Shown here piece by piece: positions 16,188 through 26,911 of a stretch of DNA of 64,000 nt. The notes under the pieces were generated by a model, which saw only the letters and a program-made list of their open reading frames with translations, did not search any database and was not told where the DNA came from. A program made the translations under genes and the position numbers. This DNA is from Candidatus Omnitrophota bacterium. Its GTDB lineage: Bacteria; Omnitrophota; Gorgyraeia; Duberdicusellales; 4484-171. Within the stretch, counting starts at the first letter, position 1; each line of letters begins with the position of its first letter. The stretch is taken from NCBI GenBank assembly GCA_021735655.1, contig JAIPGM010000009.1, forward strand, positions 1-64,000, read 5' to 3'.

Positions 16188-17996
16188 TTAATTAAAATTT
16201 TGTATTATTGAAGCATCGCTCCAGTTATAATTTGTCTCTAAAAGCAAGATAGTCTGAATCAAAGCTAGATGCGAATACCCCTGAGGAAAGTTACCGGTCA
16301 AACGGCCGGAACTTATTTCCACATCCTCAGAGAAAAGACTAAATTTATTCAGACAGCGTAAAATATTTTTCAGCATTTCCCGACTGGTTTTTTCTTCTCC
16401 GATCAAATATAAAGAATTTATCATCCAAAAGGTGCAAACGATAAAGGCGTTTTCCGGCTGACCGAATTCATCCTCTGAAATGTAACGAAAAGTAAAACCG
16501 GACTTGGTTAGTTCTTGATATGTTTTTTCCACAGTCTTAATCATTTTCGGATCGCTCTTTTCCAGAAAGCCGTAATGTAGCATCAAAAGATTAGCGGCAT
16601 CTAACTCCTGAGCACCATAACACATCACAAATGACTCGCGAGCCTCATCCCAACCGTTTTCTAGTATATCTTGCTTGATCTCCGAAGCTACTTTTAACCA
16701 TTTTTCGGCATTACTAGGCCTTCCAATAAAACTAGCAATCTTTGCAGCCCTATCCATAGCTACCCAACTCATAACCTTCGAATGAACATAATGCCTTAAT
16801 TCCCCCCTACGCTCCCATATTCCATTGTCCGGCTCTCGCCATTTTTTCAACACATTATTTGCTAAATCCCTAACTACTGTCCAAATTTCTTCATCTATCG
16901 TAGCCTTTCCTCTGCGATTGGTTATAAGGTACGTATAGATAGCCTCAATGAGCTGGCCATAGATATCATTTTGCACCTGTCTATAGGCATCGTTACCGAT
17001 TCGTACAGGCTTAGAACCCTCATAGCCGGCCAGATGATCTAATATTTTCTCGGTCAATAGCCTTTCGCCATTTATTCCGTACATAACCGATATATTCTCG
17101 TGTTTCAGTAACCTTCGGTTTAATACAAAATTCATATAGCGCTGCGCCGAACGCATATGCCCGATTCTAGTATATAAATCTACAATCATTGAGGCATCCC
17201 TTATCCAACAATATCGATAGTCCCAGTTCCGATCCTTGCCAATTATCTCCGGCAGCGATGTTGTCGGCGCTGCAATAACAGCCCCCGAACGCTGATAGGT
17301 AAGAAGCTTGAGGGTGATAGCTGAACGGATAAGTAAATCTTTATACTTTGAGGGAACTTTTGTTCGATATACCCAATCCAGCCAGTAAGTCTTTGTCTTC
17401 TCGTATTCAATATATATCTTATCCGTATCGATGTCTTGTAGCTTTTCGTGATAAGAAAAAAGCAAAAAAGAAGTGCCCTTCAATTCCATGGGCTCTGAGC
17501 TCATTATTTTATTATAGTCTAAATTACTATATAAATAAAAACTTGCGTATTCACCTTTCTTGGAGGTAATCTTTAAATGATTATTTTCTAAGACAATCTC
17601 GCAATCACTAATGGCATAATTCGGCTTTGGTTTCAACTCAACGATAATTTTTGGATTACCAGAAATAAGCAAAATATCCCGGTGAATCTCCGGTGGACAG
17701 TAATACTCGTCTCTTAAAGTAAAAAAACGAGGCATATAATCCCTTAATTCAAAAACCCCATCTTCTGTAGTAAAAATGGTCCGAAGGATCGGCGTGTGAA
17801 CAACATAATGTTGTTCTACTTTTATTATATTCGCAGCGGATATCTTGAAATATCCTCCTTTATCTTGGTCTAGGATTTTAGCAAATACCGATGGCGAATC
17901 AAAAAAAGGAAAACACAGCCAATCTATACTGCAATCACTAGAAATCAAAGCCGAGCTTGTGCAATTTCCGATAATCGCATAATCGTAGTTTTTCAT
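16188..17996 (-). CDS. Glycoside hydrolase family 15 (glucoamylase/trehalase-like)
   Basis: It has the YRYCWIRDAS motif and MKNYDYAIIGNC, an N-terminus typical of archaeal/bacterial GH15. Confidence 0.85.
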   Translation of the reverse strand: MKNYDYAIIGNCTSSALISSDCSIDWLCFPFFDSPSVFAKILDQDKGGYFKISAANIIKVEQHYVVHTPILRTIFTTEDGVFELRDYMPRFFTLRDEYYCPPEIHRDILLISGNPKIIVELKPKPNYAISDCEIVLENNHLKITSKKGEYASFYLYSNLDYNKIMSSEPMELKGTSFLLFSYHEKLQDIDTDKIYIEYEKTKTYWLDWVYRTKVPSKYKDLLIRSAITLKLLTYQRSGAVIAAPTTSLPEIIGKDRNWDYRYCWIRDASMIVDLYTRIGHMRSAQRYMNFVLNRRLLKHENISVMYGINGERLLTEKILDHLAGYEGSKPVRIGNDAYRQVQNDIYGQLIEAIYTYLITNRRGKATIDEEIWTVVRDLANNVLKKWREPDNGIWERRGELRHYVHSKVMSWVAMDRAAKIASFIGRPSNAEKWLKVASEIKQDILENGWDEARESFVMCYGAQELDAANLLMLHYGFLEKSDPKMIKTVEKTYQELTKSGFTFRYISEDEFGQPENAFIVCTFWMINSLYLIGEEKTSREMLKNILRCLNKFSLFSEDVEISSGRLTGNFPQGYSHLALIQTILLLETNYNWSDASIIQNFN

Positions 17997-18031
17997 TACC
18001 TCACCTTTTTAAATATCATAAAAAAAATAGA

Positions 18032-18655
18032 CTACCTTGGAATCAATAAAGATTCATCAAGTTTTATAATTAATTCAGTACCTACAGGAAGCTTTATCTC
18101 TTTTCGACCTGACAATAAAGCAGCGCTTGCACTCGAAACAACACCAATAGCAAGCCCTTTTTCAGCACCATTCTTACCAAGAACTTCTTTTCCGACTAAA
18201 CTCCCCATAACTCCGCTAGCGCCAATTATGGCTAAATCTTGCGCGGCTTTACCGGGTATTTTAATAACTTTTACGCCTTCATCAGTATCAAGGCTGGCTA
18301 CAACAGGAATAATTACTCCGGAAAATAAGACTACCTGATCAAGCAATAAAAGCAAGCTTGCTTTATCGCCTAATTTTTCAAATTTTGTGGCGCTTTTGAC
18401 CAAGCCTCTGATTTGTACGCCTTTAGCCAATACAACCCTATCCTTATAATTAAGATCTTCTTTTAATTTAGTAATGAAGATATCGCCGCGTTTATTGCTA
18501 TTAGAACTGAGAGGTGCCCCTAAAACAACGGTGAGGTTAACTCCTTTCTGAATCTGATATCCTTCTTGGGTTTCTTGTACCTTTTCAACTAATGGCTCAC
18601 ATCCTAACAAAGATAAAACCAAAACTATAGACATTAATCTAGCTAAACTTTTCAT
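18032..18655 (-). CDS. Lipoprotein, hypothetical (Gly-zipper rich)
   Basis: It has a signal and lipobox LLGC. It overlaps the MFS start by 4 nt. Confidence 0.5.
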   Translation of the reverse strand: MKSLARLMSIVLVLSLLGCEPLVEKVQETQEGYQIQKGVNLTVVLGAPLSSNSNKRGDIFITKLKEDLNYKDRVVLAKGVQIRGLVKSATKFEKLGDKASLLLLLDQVVLFSGVIIPVVASLDTDEGVKVIKIPGKAAQDLAIIGASGVMGSLVGKEVLGKNGAEKGLAIGVVSSASAALLSGRKEIKLPVGTELIIKLDESLLIPR

Positions 18656-20151
18656 TCTTTATCGCCTCCTCCGGTAACTTTTCCTATAAACTTAACTCCT
18701 CTGCTAATAAAAGAATAAGGATAAGATGCTATTTGGAATAATCCTGCCCCTGAAGAAAGACTTCTTATCGGCCTTTTAATAGCATCGATAAATTCGGCCC
18801 GAACCGCTTCATCATCTATAACACCTTCTTCCTTAACCATTGTCAACCGATGAAGGGAATACAGGCCGACAAGAAAAGCCAAAGCAAAAAAGAAATCCCA
18901 ATGCTGAAAATTAAGTGCCTGGAAAATCAACTCTCTGCCAGGAGAAGACCACTTAAAAACTAAAGATAAATTACGGGCAGCAAAGAAATCAGCAAACTTA
19001 CCTCCCAAAATAGGCGCTATGCCGGCAGCAAAGGAATTAACCAAAGTATTGGTAGCTAAATAGGCAGTTGCCTGACCTTTCGGGGCAAGCTTTAATCCGA
19101 TATTACCGGAAGCTATGGCTATGCCGGCGGTAGCAATGCCCATTACTATATGGATGACTACTAAAATTGGCAAAGTTAAAAAGTATTTCTCCGGCATAGT
19201 GGTAAATGTCCAAGCAAGAATGCTAAACATAAATAAAGGGCCGCTTACCGCTAAAACTGACTTATTGCTAAACCGATCAGCCCACTTACCCCATAAAGAA
19301 AGAAAAGTAAAGTTAAATACCTGACTGACTATACTTAAAAACACTATCATCGACATACCTAAACCCAGCTTAGTCAACATATATACGGTAAAAAAAGGTG
19401 CCGCCAGGTTAACCGCAAAACTCCAAGAACCTAAAAAAAACATTAAACGCCTAAAATTTATATCCTTAAACGGCTGAGTGAGAAGTTTTAAAAAATCTGC
19501 CTTTTCCGACTGCATGGCCGGTTCAGGCGTCCGGGATAAAAAGATAACACCAACTATCCCGATAAGGAAAGCAACCGCAAAAAGTCCGGAATAAGCATAT
19601 ATTTCAACATCAGGGAAACTCCTTTTCCAAAAATCAAGAAACATACTTGCCAAAATGCTGACAAAAACTCCTAAAAATGTTGCAACCCTTAATCTCTCGG
19701 AAAAAAATGTTCCCATCTGATTTTCAGGAACTAAATCCCGCATCCAAGAATTCCAGGCACAACCGCCGATGCCTCCGAAACCGGAAGAAAACAAAACCGC
19801 GACAATAAGAACTGCCAGCCCTACTGAGGGTACAAACAAAAACGGACTCAAAGCAATCAATAAAAAACCAAACCGACCGATTAAGGCCGAATAAATCGCA
19901 ACCGTTTTTCGGCTACGGATTTTTTCAATCAAAAAAATTGCCGGAATCTGAACAAACTGCATCAAGGCCGGAATTGCGGCAATAAGCCCAATTTGAAAAT
20001 TTGAAGCTCCCAACTTTACGGCAATAGCAACCAGGAAAACACCACCAGTCAAAACCCCCATCAAATGGCTCATTACACCATCGGCAACAACTGATCTTAG
20101 CCCGATTTTAAGCTCTTTTTCGCTAATTTGCTCTTGAGTTTTAAATCTCAT
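18652..20151 (-). CDS. MFS transporter
   Basis: It has about 12 TM helices and MFS-like loops. Confidence 0.8.
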   Translation of the reverse strand: MRFKTQEQISEKELKIGLRSVVADGVMSHLMGVLTGGVFLVAIAVKLGASNFQIGLIAAIPALMQFVQIPAIFLIEKIRSRKTVAIYSALIGRFGFLLIALSPFLFVPSVGLAVLIVAVLFSSGFGGIGGCAWNSWMRDLVPENQMGTFFSERLRVATFLGVFVSILASMFLDFWKRSFPDVEIYAYSGLFAVAFLIGIVGVIFLSRTPEPAMQSEKADFLKLLTQPFKDINFRRLMFFLGSWSFAVNLAAPFFTVYMLTKLGLGMSMIVFLSIVSQVFNFTFLSLWGKWADRFSNKSVLAVSGPLFMFSILAWTFTTMPEKYFLTLPILVVIHIVMGIATAGIAIASGNIGLKLAPKGQATAYLATNTLVNSFAAGIAPILGGKFADFFAARNLSLVFKWSSPGRELIFQALNFQHWDFFFALAFLVGLYSLHRLTMVKEEGVIDDEAVRAEFIDAIKRPIRSLSSGAGLFQIASYPYSFISRGVKFIGKVTGGGDKE

Positions 20152-20876
20152 ATTTTATTTACATTACTATATAATTTATCTTTAATATTCTCCAGCTTAC
20201 CAAAACAAATAAGTCTATCACCAAGAATTACTTTTGTACTTGCCGAAGGATTAGGAATTACCTCGTCACCTCTCTCAATAGCCAAAATATTTATACCTTC
20301 TTTACGCAAAGCTGTATCAAGCAGTGATTTATCTAATATCGAGCTGTCCTTATAAACTTCTATACTCGATACACCGTAGCCTCCGGTAGCAACTAGAAGT
20401 TCTTCAAAAGATACTGCTTTTATTATATCTCTTTTAACAATCCTGGCCCGTAAGGCCTTAGTAATCCTTTGGGTAAGCCTAGAGTGAGTAAATATACGAT
20501 AGGTAAAATAAATCCCTAAGCAGACAATAACTAAATTAATCCAAGGCAGAAGGCGATAAGGAATAATTAAATCTAAAAAAGGTATTTTAAATTGTGGTAA
20601 TAACATATTCGGCCGTAAAGTATTGGCAAAGGTAGCAATCATAGTAACCAGCCCGGCATTACCTAATATAATCAAAGCCGAAGCTATGCGCCGCCGCTGG
20701 GGGTTACCCACCACTAGCTCCGACTCTTTAGTAGTAAACCCAGTTCCCGAAAAACAAGATAATGCCTGAAACTTAGCCAACGACCATTCAAGACCGGTAA
20801 GCTGAAAAGCAATAGCCCCTATCCTGACTGCTACAAAAGATGCAACCACAACTACCAAAAATAACATTAAGTTCAT
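20148..20876 (-). CDS. Membrane protein with a C-terminal RCK_C/TrkA-C domain (putative ion channel or transporter regulator)
   Basis: It has N-terminal TM helices and a C-terminal GDEVIPNPSASTKVILGDRLICFG pattern typical of TrkA-C. Confidence 0.5.
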   Translation of the reverse strand: MNLMLFLVVVVASFVAVRIGAIAFQLTGLEWSLAKFQALSCFSGTGFTTKESELVVGNPQRRRIASALIILGNAGLVTMIATFANTLRPNMLLPQFKIPFLDLIIPYRLLPWINLVIVCLGIYFTYRIFTHSRLTQRITKALRARIVKRDIIKAVSFEELLVATGGYGVSSIEVYKDSSILDKSLLDTALRKEGINILAIERGDEVIPNPSASTKVILGDRLICFGKLENIKDKLYSNVNKI

Positions 20877-20889
20877 GTTATCCTCCTGA

Positions 20890-21972
20890 TTAAATCCACT
20901 TCTTGCGCCGAAAATAAATAAGCATAGTTAAGGCAATTAAAATCATAATTCCCCAAGCACCAAAATAGCCGAATTTCCAGCTAAGCTCAGGCATATTCCA
21001 AGGTGATATCTTAGGATCAAAATTCATGCCGTAAATACCAGCCACGAAAGTGATCGGGATAAAAATGGTAGCAATTATAGTCAAAACCTTCATAACCTCA
21101 TTCATCTTATTACTTACGCCAGACATATATATATCAAGCATCCCGGAAACCATATCCCGATAAGTCTCGACGGTATCGATAACTTGAATGGTATGATCAT
21201 AGAGATCACGCAAAAATATACGGGTCGGTTTTGCTATCAGCTTTGATTCGCTACGTTCCAAAGCATTAACTACCTCACGCAAAGGCCAGACTGATTTGCG
21301 CAAGAAAATAATGTCCTGTTTTGAGCGATGAATCATTTGCAAAGTCTTAGGTACAGGATTAGCGATAATTTTCTCTTCCATCTCCTCTATTTTTTCACCA
21401 ATCTTCTCCAATATCGAAAAATAATTATCTACCACTGAATCTAGAAGGCTATAGGCAAGGTAATCAGCGCCCATTTTTCTAATTCTACCCTTGGCCTTAC
21501 GAATCCGCTCGCGGATCGGGTTAAATACGTCACCTTCTTTTTCCTGCAGAGAAATAACAAAGTTATTCCCAAAAATTAAACTAACCTGTTCCGAAACAAC
21601 TTCTTTGCTCTTCTCCTTAAACATAAACATCTTTAAAACCACAAAAATATACTTATCAAAATCTTCATACTTAGGCCTCTGGCCAGTGTTAACAATATCC
21701 TCCATAGTCAAGGGGTGCATTTCAAACCGCTCCCCTAACTTAGTAATTATTTCTGTATCGTGCAAACCGTCGATATTCACCCAGGTAACCGTGGGGGTAT
21801 CTTTGAAAGGAAAAACTTCTTCAATGCTCTTAACTTCTTTTTCTTGAAAGTTCACCGAATCATAATCAATTACCGATATCTTCACTTTATCAATTTTTCT
21901 TTCCCCCACGTGAACTAAATCACCGGGAATATGTCCGGCAGTTTTAGATAATTTTTTTAGTAATTTAGCCAT
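20890..21972 (-). CDS. corA: Magnesium/cobalt transporter CorA
   Basis: It has the GMN motif (YGMNF) before the final TM helices. Confidence 0.9.
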   Translation of the reverse strand: MAKLLKKLSKTAGHIPGDLVHVGERKIDKVKISVIDYDSVNFQEKEVKSIEEVFPFKDTPTVTWVNIDGLHDTEIITKLGERFEMHPLTMEDIVNTGQRPKYEDFDKYIFVVLKMFMFKEKSKEVVSEQVSLIFGNNFVISLQEKEGDVFNPIRERIRKAKGRIRKMGADYLAYSLLDSVVDNYFSILEKIGEKIEEMEEKIIANPVPKTLQMIHRSKQDIIFLRKSVWPLREVVNALERSESKLIAKPTRIFLRDLYDHTIQVIDTVETYRDMVSGMLDIYMSGVSNKMNEVMKVLTIIATIFIPITFVAGIYGMNFDPKISPWNMPELSWKFGYFGAWGIMILIALTMLIYFRRKKWI

Positions 21973-21996
21973 AAGTCCCTCCCAAAAATTTAATCT

Positions 21997-22686
21997 TCAG
22001 TTACGCCTTATTCCGACCATAATAAACAAATCACCCCTGTGATCACAGCAAGGACACATTCGGCCTAAACCTTTTAATCTTAGTTTTTGGCCATTCTTCG
22101 TACCTGGATTTATCTTTAAAGTAATCGCTCTACCATCAGTCATTTTAAACTTTACTTCACCACCGCGATTAGCGATATTTACCGGAACATTTAAATTAGC
22201 GAGGGTGTCGGTATCAACCTTCTGAAAAGAACCGGCATTATTAAAGTCATACGTTGTATATTTACCACCAGCATGACTGCCGGCTGAATGCACATCTTTA
22301 AAAATATCAGCTAAATCATCAAAAAAGAAATACTGACTGCTACTTCTTCCTGGCCTTGATTTCTTAGCGCCGATATCCTGGAAATGTTTCATTAAATCAT
22401 CAAAATCAAATCCAGTCTGAGAAGCAAAATCCCCGGAGCCAGGGCCGCTCCTGAACGTATAGGTCCCTTTTTTATAATCATCATATTCTTTGCGTTTTTT
22501 AAGGTCTCCGAGAACATAATAAGCGGCAGCGACATCCTTAAACTTTTCTTCGCATTCTTTCTTCTTCTCTTCCGGGCAACGGTCAGGATGATACTTAAAA
22601 GCAAGCTTTCGGTATGCCGATTTTATCTCTCCCTGGCTGGCCCGCCGATTAACTCCCAAAATTGTGTAGTAATCTTTGGTATTCAT
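21997..22686 (-). CDS. J-domain protein (DnaJ-like, no zinc finger), paralog of 2410..2733
   Basis: It has YYTILGV...[17 protein letters not shown]. Confidence 0.7.
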   Translation of the reverse strand: MNTKDYYTILGVNRRASQGEIKSAYRKLAFKYHPDRCPEEKKKECEEKFKDVAAAYYVLGDLKKRKEYDDYKKGTYTFRSGPGSGDFASQTGFDFDDLMKHFQDIGAKKSRPGRSSSQYFFFDDLADIFKDVHSAGSHAGGKYTTYDFNNAGSFQKVDTDTLANLNVPVNIANRGGEVKFKMTDGRAITLKINPGTKNGQKLRLKGLGRMCPCCDHRGDLFIMVGIRRN

Positions 22687-22696
22687 TAGCTATATT

Positions 22697-22897
22697 CTAA
22701 GTTTTCCGATTGGAAGATCTTCTTCCGATAAAGAAACCCAGGGAAAAACCGATGACTATGACTAGCGGCAACAAGATAATCCGTGACATGCTTAATTTCC
22801 AGAATAAAAATCTCAAAGTAACTACTTGCGTATTCTGCAGTAAAATAATTAATAATAAACACCCTAGCACTAATAGTATTATCCTCTTTAGTTTCAT
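22697..22897 (-). CDS. LapA-domain (DUF1049) small inner-membrane protein
   Basis: It has a two-TM pattern with LRFLFWKLSMSRIILLPLVIVIGF. Confidence 0.5.
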   Translation of the reverse strand: MKLKRIILLVLGCLLLIILLQNTQVVTLRFLFWKLSMSRIILLPLVIVIGFSLGFFIGRRSSNRKT

Positions 22898-22925
22898 TAT
22901 TGCTACCTCCTTAATAATGGCGATT

Positions 22926-24173
22926 TTATGTCTGTCTCAAAAATAGCTGAAATGACCTAGGTGGTAAATTAAATGAATAGTTATCAGTTACTATATTGAA
23001 CTTTTTCTTGTTATTGTCAATGTTTATGAATTTTCCCTGTATTGTCCTGGAATCAACCTCAACCTGGATTGATTCGGTACACTTATTAAATACCGCGATA
23101 CCGTCACCTTCCCGGCTAAATATAAGATGGCATTTTCCGGCTGAAACAATCTGCATAGTCTTCCCCGATAGAAGATTGTGAAATTTTATCATCTTTAGTA
23201 AATCCTTGCTCTTGTAAGCATCTTTCCACTGATCAGAATGCATTCCACCTTCTTTTCCTTTATCAGAATAAACTAACGGGACTCCGCCATCTCTGCCAAT
23301 AATATAAGCATAAGCAATCTTTTCATCTATTCTATTTGGATCGTTAGAATCAAAGATAAGTTGTCTCATCTCCTGATTATTAGGGATATCATGAGTTATG
23401 GCAAAAGTGAGACTTCGGAAACGGTCCAGCTGATCCGGTTCTTTTAAAGCTTCCAGACTACCCTCAATACTTAAGGCCTTACGCATTGAATAGAAAAGAT
23501 TAAAATCATAGACTGAAAAGTCAACTCTCTTTAAAAAATCTTTTAAGAAAATTCTATGTAACTCAGGAATTATCTCAGCAAAAATATATAAACCTCGGGT
23601 TATCTCCTCGGTAAAAACTTTTTTAATATGTTCTATCGACATATGCTTAGCCGCATCAATCCGAAACCCGTCAGCACCTATTTTTTTTAAAGCCCTAAGG
23701 TATTCTTTTTGGGCAGAAATCACCCTTTGACTGTCAGGATCTAAATCCGACAGGCCGGTATCAGTCTTGTGGCTAAAATCCTCAGCTGAAAAGATATCCT
23801 TTGATAAATCACCATATAGACGATTTCTAGCAAAAACTGGATCTTGCTGATACTGGTCTAGAATATCTTTACCAGGAAAATCCAAATTATCATCTCTACG
23901 ATGAGCCATGTGGTTAAAGACTACGTCGATATAGATTTTTAAATTATTTTTTTTTAAAGTTTGAATCAAAGAGGTTAATTCTTGCAGATTGCCCAAAGGC
24001 GAGAATATAACTCGGTAATCTAAAGGTTGATAGCGATAAAACCACTCTTTACCCTGACTAAAGGTAGGCGGCGAAATAAGTATGGCGGAATAACCAAAGC
24101 TGCTGATCTCTTTTGCTTGTTTCTCTATTTCCTTAAATTTCCAGTTAAAAGCATGTAAAATGACATTACCCAT
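22926..24173 (-). CDS. Alpha-amylase family (GH13) protein
   Basis: It has DVVFNHMA and GFRIDAAKHM catalytic-region motifs. Confidence 0.8.
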   Translation of the reverse strand: MGNVILHAFNWKFKEIEKQAKEISSFGYSAILISPPTFSQGKEWFYRYQPLDYRVIFSPLGNLQELTSLIQTLKKNNLKIYIDVVFNHMAHRRDDNLDFPGKDILDQYQQDPVFARNRLYGDLSKDIFSAEDFSHKTDTGLSDLDPDSQRVISAQKEYLRALKKIGADGFRIDAAKHMSIEHIKKVFTEEITRGLYIFAEIIPELHRIFLKDFLKRVDFSVYDFNLFYSMRKALSIEGSLEALKEPDQLDRFRSLTFAITHDIPNNQEMRQLIFDSNDPNRIDEKIAYAYIIGRDGGVPLVYSDKGKEGGMHSDQWKDAYKSKDLLKMIKFHNLLSGKTMQIVSAGKCHLIFSREGDGIAVFNKCTESIQVEVDSRTIQGKFINIDNNKKKFNIVTDNYSFNLPPRSFQLFLRQT

Positions 24174-24314
24174 TCAACCTCAATCAGAAATATAGCTAAC
24201 ATACCACTTATGATTCTTCTCTAATTTTCTTTTCTCAACCTCTCAATAAGCCTTTTAGTTGAAAAACGAACCTCTCTATTAGAGCATTATTTCCGTATTT
24301 ATCTATCGGTATTG

Positions 24315-24890
24315 CTATTTTCTTTTTAAAAACGAACTATTATGTTTTCGTAAAAATCTTCTATGCGGATTGCCTAGAGGGAACAGATTATTTTCAGTTA
24401 CAAACTGCATATCTTCTATGGTATAAAAAGCATTAGGATTGAATTTCTTTATTATTTGTATAACCCTTTTTAAATTCTTGCGTTTAACCACACTAAAAAT
24501 AACTTTAACCGGTCCATCTTTACCTTGAGCATTAATACTGGTGACGCCATAACCCTGCTTACTCATAAACTGCACTAAATCTACGGCATCTTTCTTAGTT
24601 ACTATTTGAATCATAAGATTACCCATTAGAATTCGTCTTTCTATAGAAATGCCCACAAAGTTTCCCATACCAAACCCAGCGGCATAAGCGATGTAATGGC
24701 TTACACTGCTTAGATTCTTCATTATCTGAGTAATAGCTATAAGCCAAATTAAAACTTCAAAAAAACCCAATACGGCTGACAAGAATCTTATCCCCCGGGA
24801 AACAAATATAATCCTGATAGTGCCGATAGTAACATCGATAATGCGGGCTAGAAAAATCAAAAACGGAATTAAGATATAATTTATTTCCAT
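24315..24890 (-). CDS. UPF0316/DUF2179-family membrane protein
   Basis: It has three N-terminal TM helices plus a C-terminal soluble domain. It is the last gene of the KamA-ATP-grasp operon. Confidence 0.5.
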   Translation of the reverse strand: MEINYILIPFLIFLARIIDVTIGTIRIIFVSRGIRFLSAVLGFFEVLIWLIAITQIMKNLSSVSHYIAYAAGFGMGNFVGISIERRILMGNLMIQIVTKKDAVDLVQFMSKQGYGVTSINAQGKDGPVKVIFSVVKRKNLKRVIQIIKKFNPNAFYTIEDMQFVTENNLFPLGNPHRRFLRKHNSSFLKRK

Positions 24891-24902
24891 AACTTTCTCG
24901 AT

Positions 24903-25979
24903 TTAGCGAAAAATCTTTAATATTTTATTACGCCAGTTATTATAAAAATAATGTGCTTTGGGCCCAGCCTGCTTTAGCAATTCCGGAGAACTACCTAGCC
25001 CCCTTATTTCAATCATTGCATCCTTAAGAAAAATTGAATATCTTTTGCTGATTTTTTTATTATTAATAAACCGCTGGGCAGCATCAACGATGTTATTAGC
25101 AGTAAACTGAGCGATCTGATCGGGTACACCACTAGGAGTTTCAGATTGAGAAGTCATATCGCATTGGTCGTTAACGTAATCTATGACTAAAAAACGCTTT
25201 TTTCCCTGTTTTTCATCAATAGCTATTTCACTTGAAAACCAAGCCATCCGGGTTATCGAAGCAATTTTAGAAACTATCTTGGCTAAGGGGAAAAGACTAT
25301 GCTTATTAAATTCTTCATAACCTATATGTTCATAACGATTAGCCTGATCATCCCACCAGCAAGGTATTATAGTATCAAATACATTAAACCCTCGAAACCA
25401 AGCACGTTTTCCTTCTATTTGGATAGGAACAATCTTCTCCTGTAGTAAAAAATTATCGCCTCGGTCAAACTTCCGAGCTTGAGCAATTTCTCGAATTGTG
25501 CCCCGAGCATCACGAATAACACCTAATTGACCATAGCCAAGCGCCGGCTTTATTACAAAAGGAACCCCTAGTTTCTTCTTCTCCTCATCGGGAAGCCTAA
25601 AAGTAGTCGGTTCCCAGTTACGAACAACAACTGTATAGGGAGCCATAATCCCGGCATTGATTAACTCATAGTGCATTGCTGATTTATCAATTGCACTCTG
25701 GGCCCGATCAGGATCATTAATAACCACCCCACCGCTATCTTTTACATCATAGCAAATACGAGTGTAGATATCGCCTTTTTTATTATAGGTAGCCTCGGTG
25801 TCCAGTAAAGCCTTGATTACAAGCTTTCTTTGATCAAGATCCCGAGCCACTTGCCTTACATTATCTTTAGATATCCAAAGGAAAGAAAGTTTTCTTTGCT
25901 TGCAAGCGGCCTGGAGTAAAACAACAAACCTCTCCTTGATATTACCACTCCAAGTCAAACCAAAATCGTATCTTTTCAT
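24903..25979 (-). CDS. ATP-grasp enzyme (RimK/LysX-like ligase?)
   Basis: It has VPFVIKPALGYGQLGV, matching the ATP-grasp KP..GS.G.GV pattern. There is a 9-nt gap to the LdcA-like gene. Confidence 0.5.
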   Translation of the reverse strand: MKRYDFGLTWSGNIKERFVVLLQAACKQRKLSFLWISKDNVRQVARDLDQRKLVIKALLDTEATYNKKGDIYTRICYDVKDSGGVVINDPDRAQSAIDKSAMHYELINAGIMAPYTVVVRNWEPTTFRLPDEEKKKLGVPFVIKPALGYGQLGVIRDARGTIREIAQARKFDRGDNFLLQEKIVPIQIEGKRAWFRGFNVFDTIIPCWWDDQANRYEHIGYEEFNKHSLFPLAKIVSKIASITRMAWFSSEIAIDEKQGKKRFLVIDYVNDQCDMTSQSETPSGVPDQIAQFTANNIVDAAQRFINNKKISKRYSIFLKDAMIEIRGLGSSPELLKQAGPKAHYFYNNWRNKILKIFR

Positions 25980-25988
25980 TATCTTATT

Positions 25989-26909
25989 TTAAACAACTGC
26001 ACTTTCGGCAACTGTTAATGACAGCCTATCAGCATCGATAGTTACCGGAAGTCCCAAAGGCAAGGTAACATGAAGCCCACCGCGCAAACGCAAATGCCCG
26101 GAAGGAAATCCATACAATACCGGGATATCCTGTCCTTTAAATAACTTTTCTATTAGTTTACGTAAATCATGGTCTTTACCTGAAGAGTCAAGCATTCTGC
26201 CTAAAAGTAACCCCTTGATATTTTTAAACTTCCCTGAACGCTTGAGACGAAAAAAATAATTTCTAATGGTATTAAAGTCTTCGTTGACGTCCTCTAAAAA
26301 CAAAATGCTGCCGGCAGTCCTTATTCGGTAAGACTTACCTATTGAATCAATGATTAAAGACATATTGCCGCCAACCAGCTTACCGGTAGCTACTCCCAGC
26401 TTAAAAGCAATCAGCTGGGGGAATTTCAATTCTCCCAAAGGCTTAGTTTCACTAAAAAGCCTTTGCAGATATTCAAGAGTCAGCTGATGCATTCCTTGAT
26501 AAATCTCCCCGGAAACTATCGGCCCGTGAAAAACAACCATCTTAGCCAATTTTTGCAAATAGAGTAAGATAATAGTTATATCACTGTACCCGAGAAAAAT
26601 TTTGGGATTTTTTCTAATAGTTTTCTCATCTAGGTAGGGTATAATTTCGGCTGAACCGTAACCGGCTTCAGCACAAAAAATAGCTCTCACTTCTTTGTCG
26701 GCAAACATCCGATTTATCTGCATGGCCCGCTGACGATCATGATCGGGCTTAGACCATTTCGGATCAAAAATTACTCGTTCATATTTAACTTTATAGCCTA
26801 GCTCTTTAAGCAGTTCAACGCCGCTTTTAAATTTATCCACATCAAAAGAACTTGCCGGAGCTACTATACCGATAGTATCACCAAGTTCTAATTTTTGAGG
26901 CTTACGCAT
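25989..26909 (-). CDS. LD-carboxypeptidase (peptidase S66; LdcA/MccF family)
   Basis: It has the GYSDIT nucleophile motif and a C-terminal GH...E triad region. There is a 2-nt gap to the upstream gene. Confidence 0.8.
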   Translation of the reverse strand: MRKPQKLELGDTIGIVAPASSFDVDKFKSGVELLKELGYKVKYERVIFDPKWSKPDHDRQRAMQINRMFADKEVRAIFCAEAGYGSAEIIPYLDEKTIRKNPKIFLGYSDITIILLYLQKLAKMVVFHGPIVSGEIYQGMHQLTLEYLQRLFSETKPLGELKFPQLIAFKLGVATGKLVGGNMSLIIDSIGKSYRIRTAGSILFLEDVNEDFNTIRNYFFRLKRSGKFKNIKGLLLGRMLDSSGKDHDLRKLIEKLFKGQDIPVLYGFPSGHLRLRGGLHVTLPLGLPVTIDADRLSLTVAESAVV

Positions 26910-26911
26910 TT

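Noticed and set aside
24903-25979. Confident assignment of this ATP-grasp as a LysX orthologue
   Set aside because: Only the KP.lGyGq.GV nucleotide-binding block and the general layout match. Without a search it remains a generic ATP-grasp ligase.
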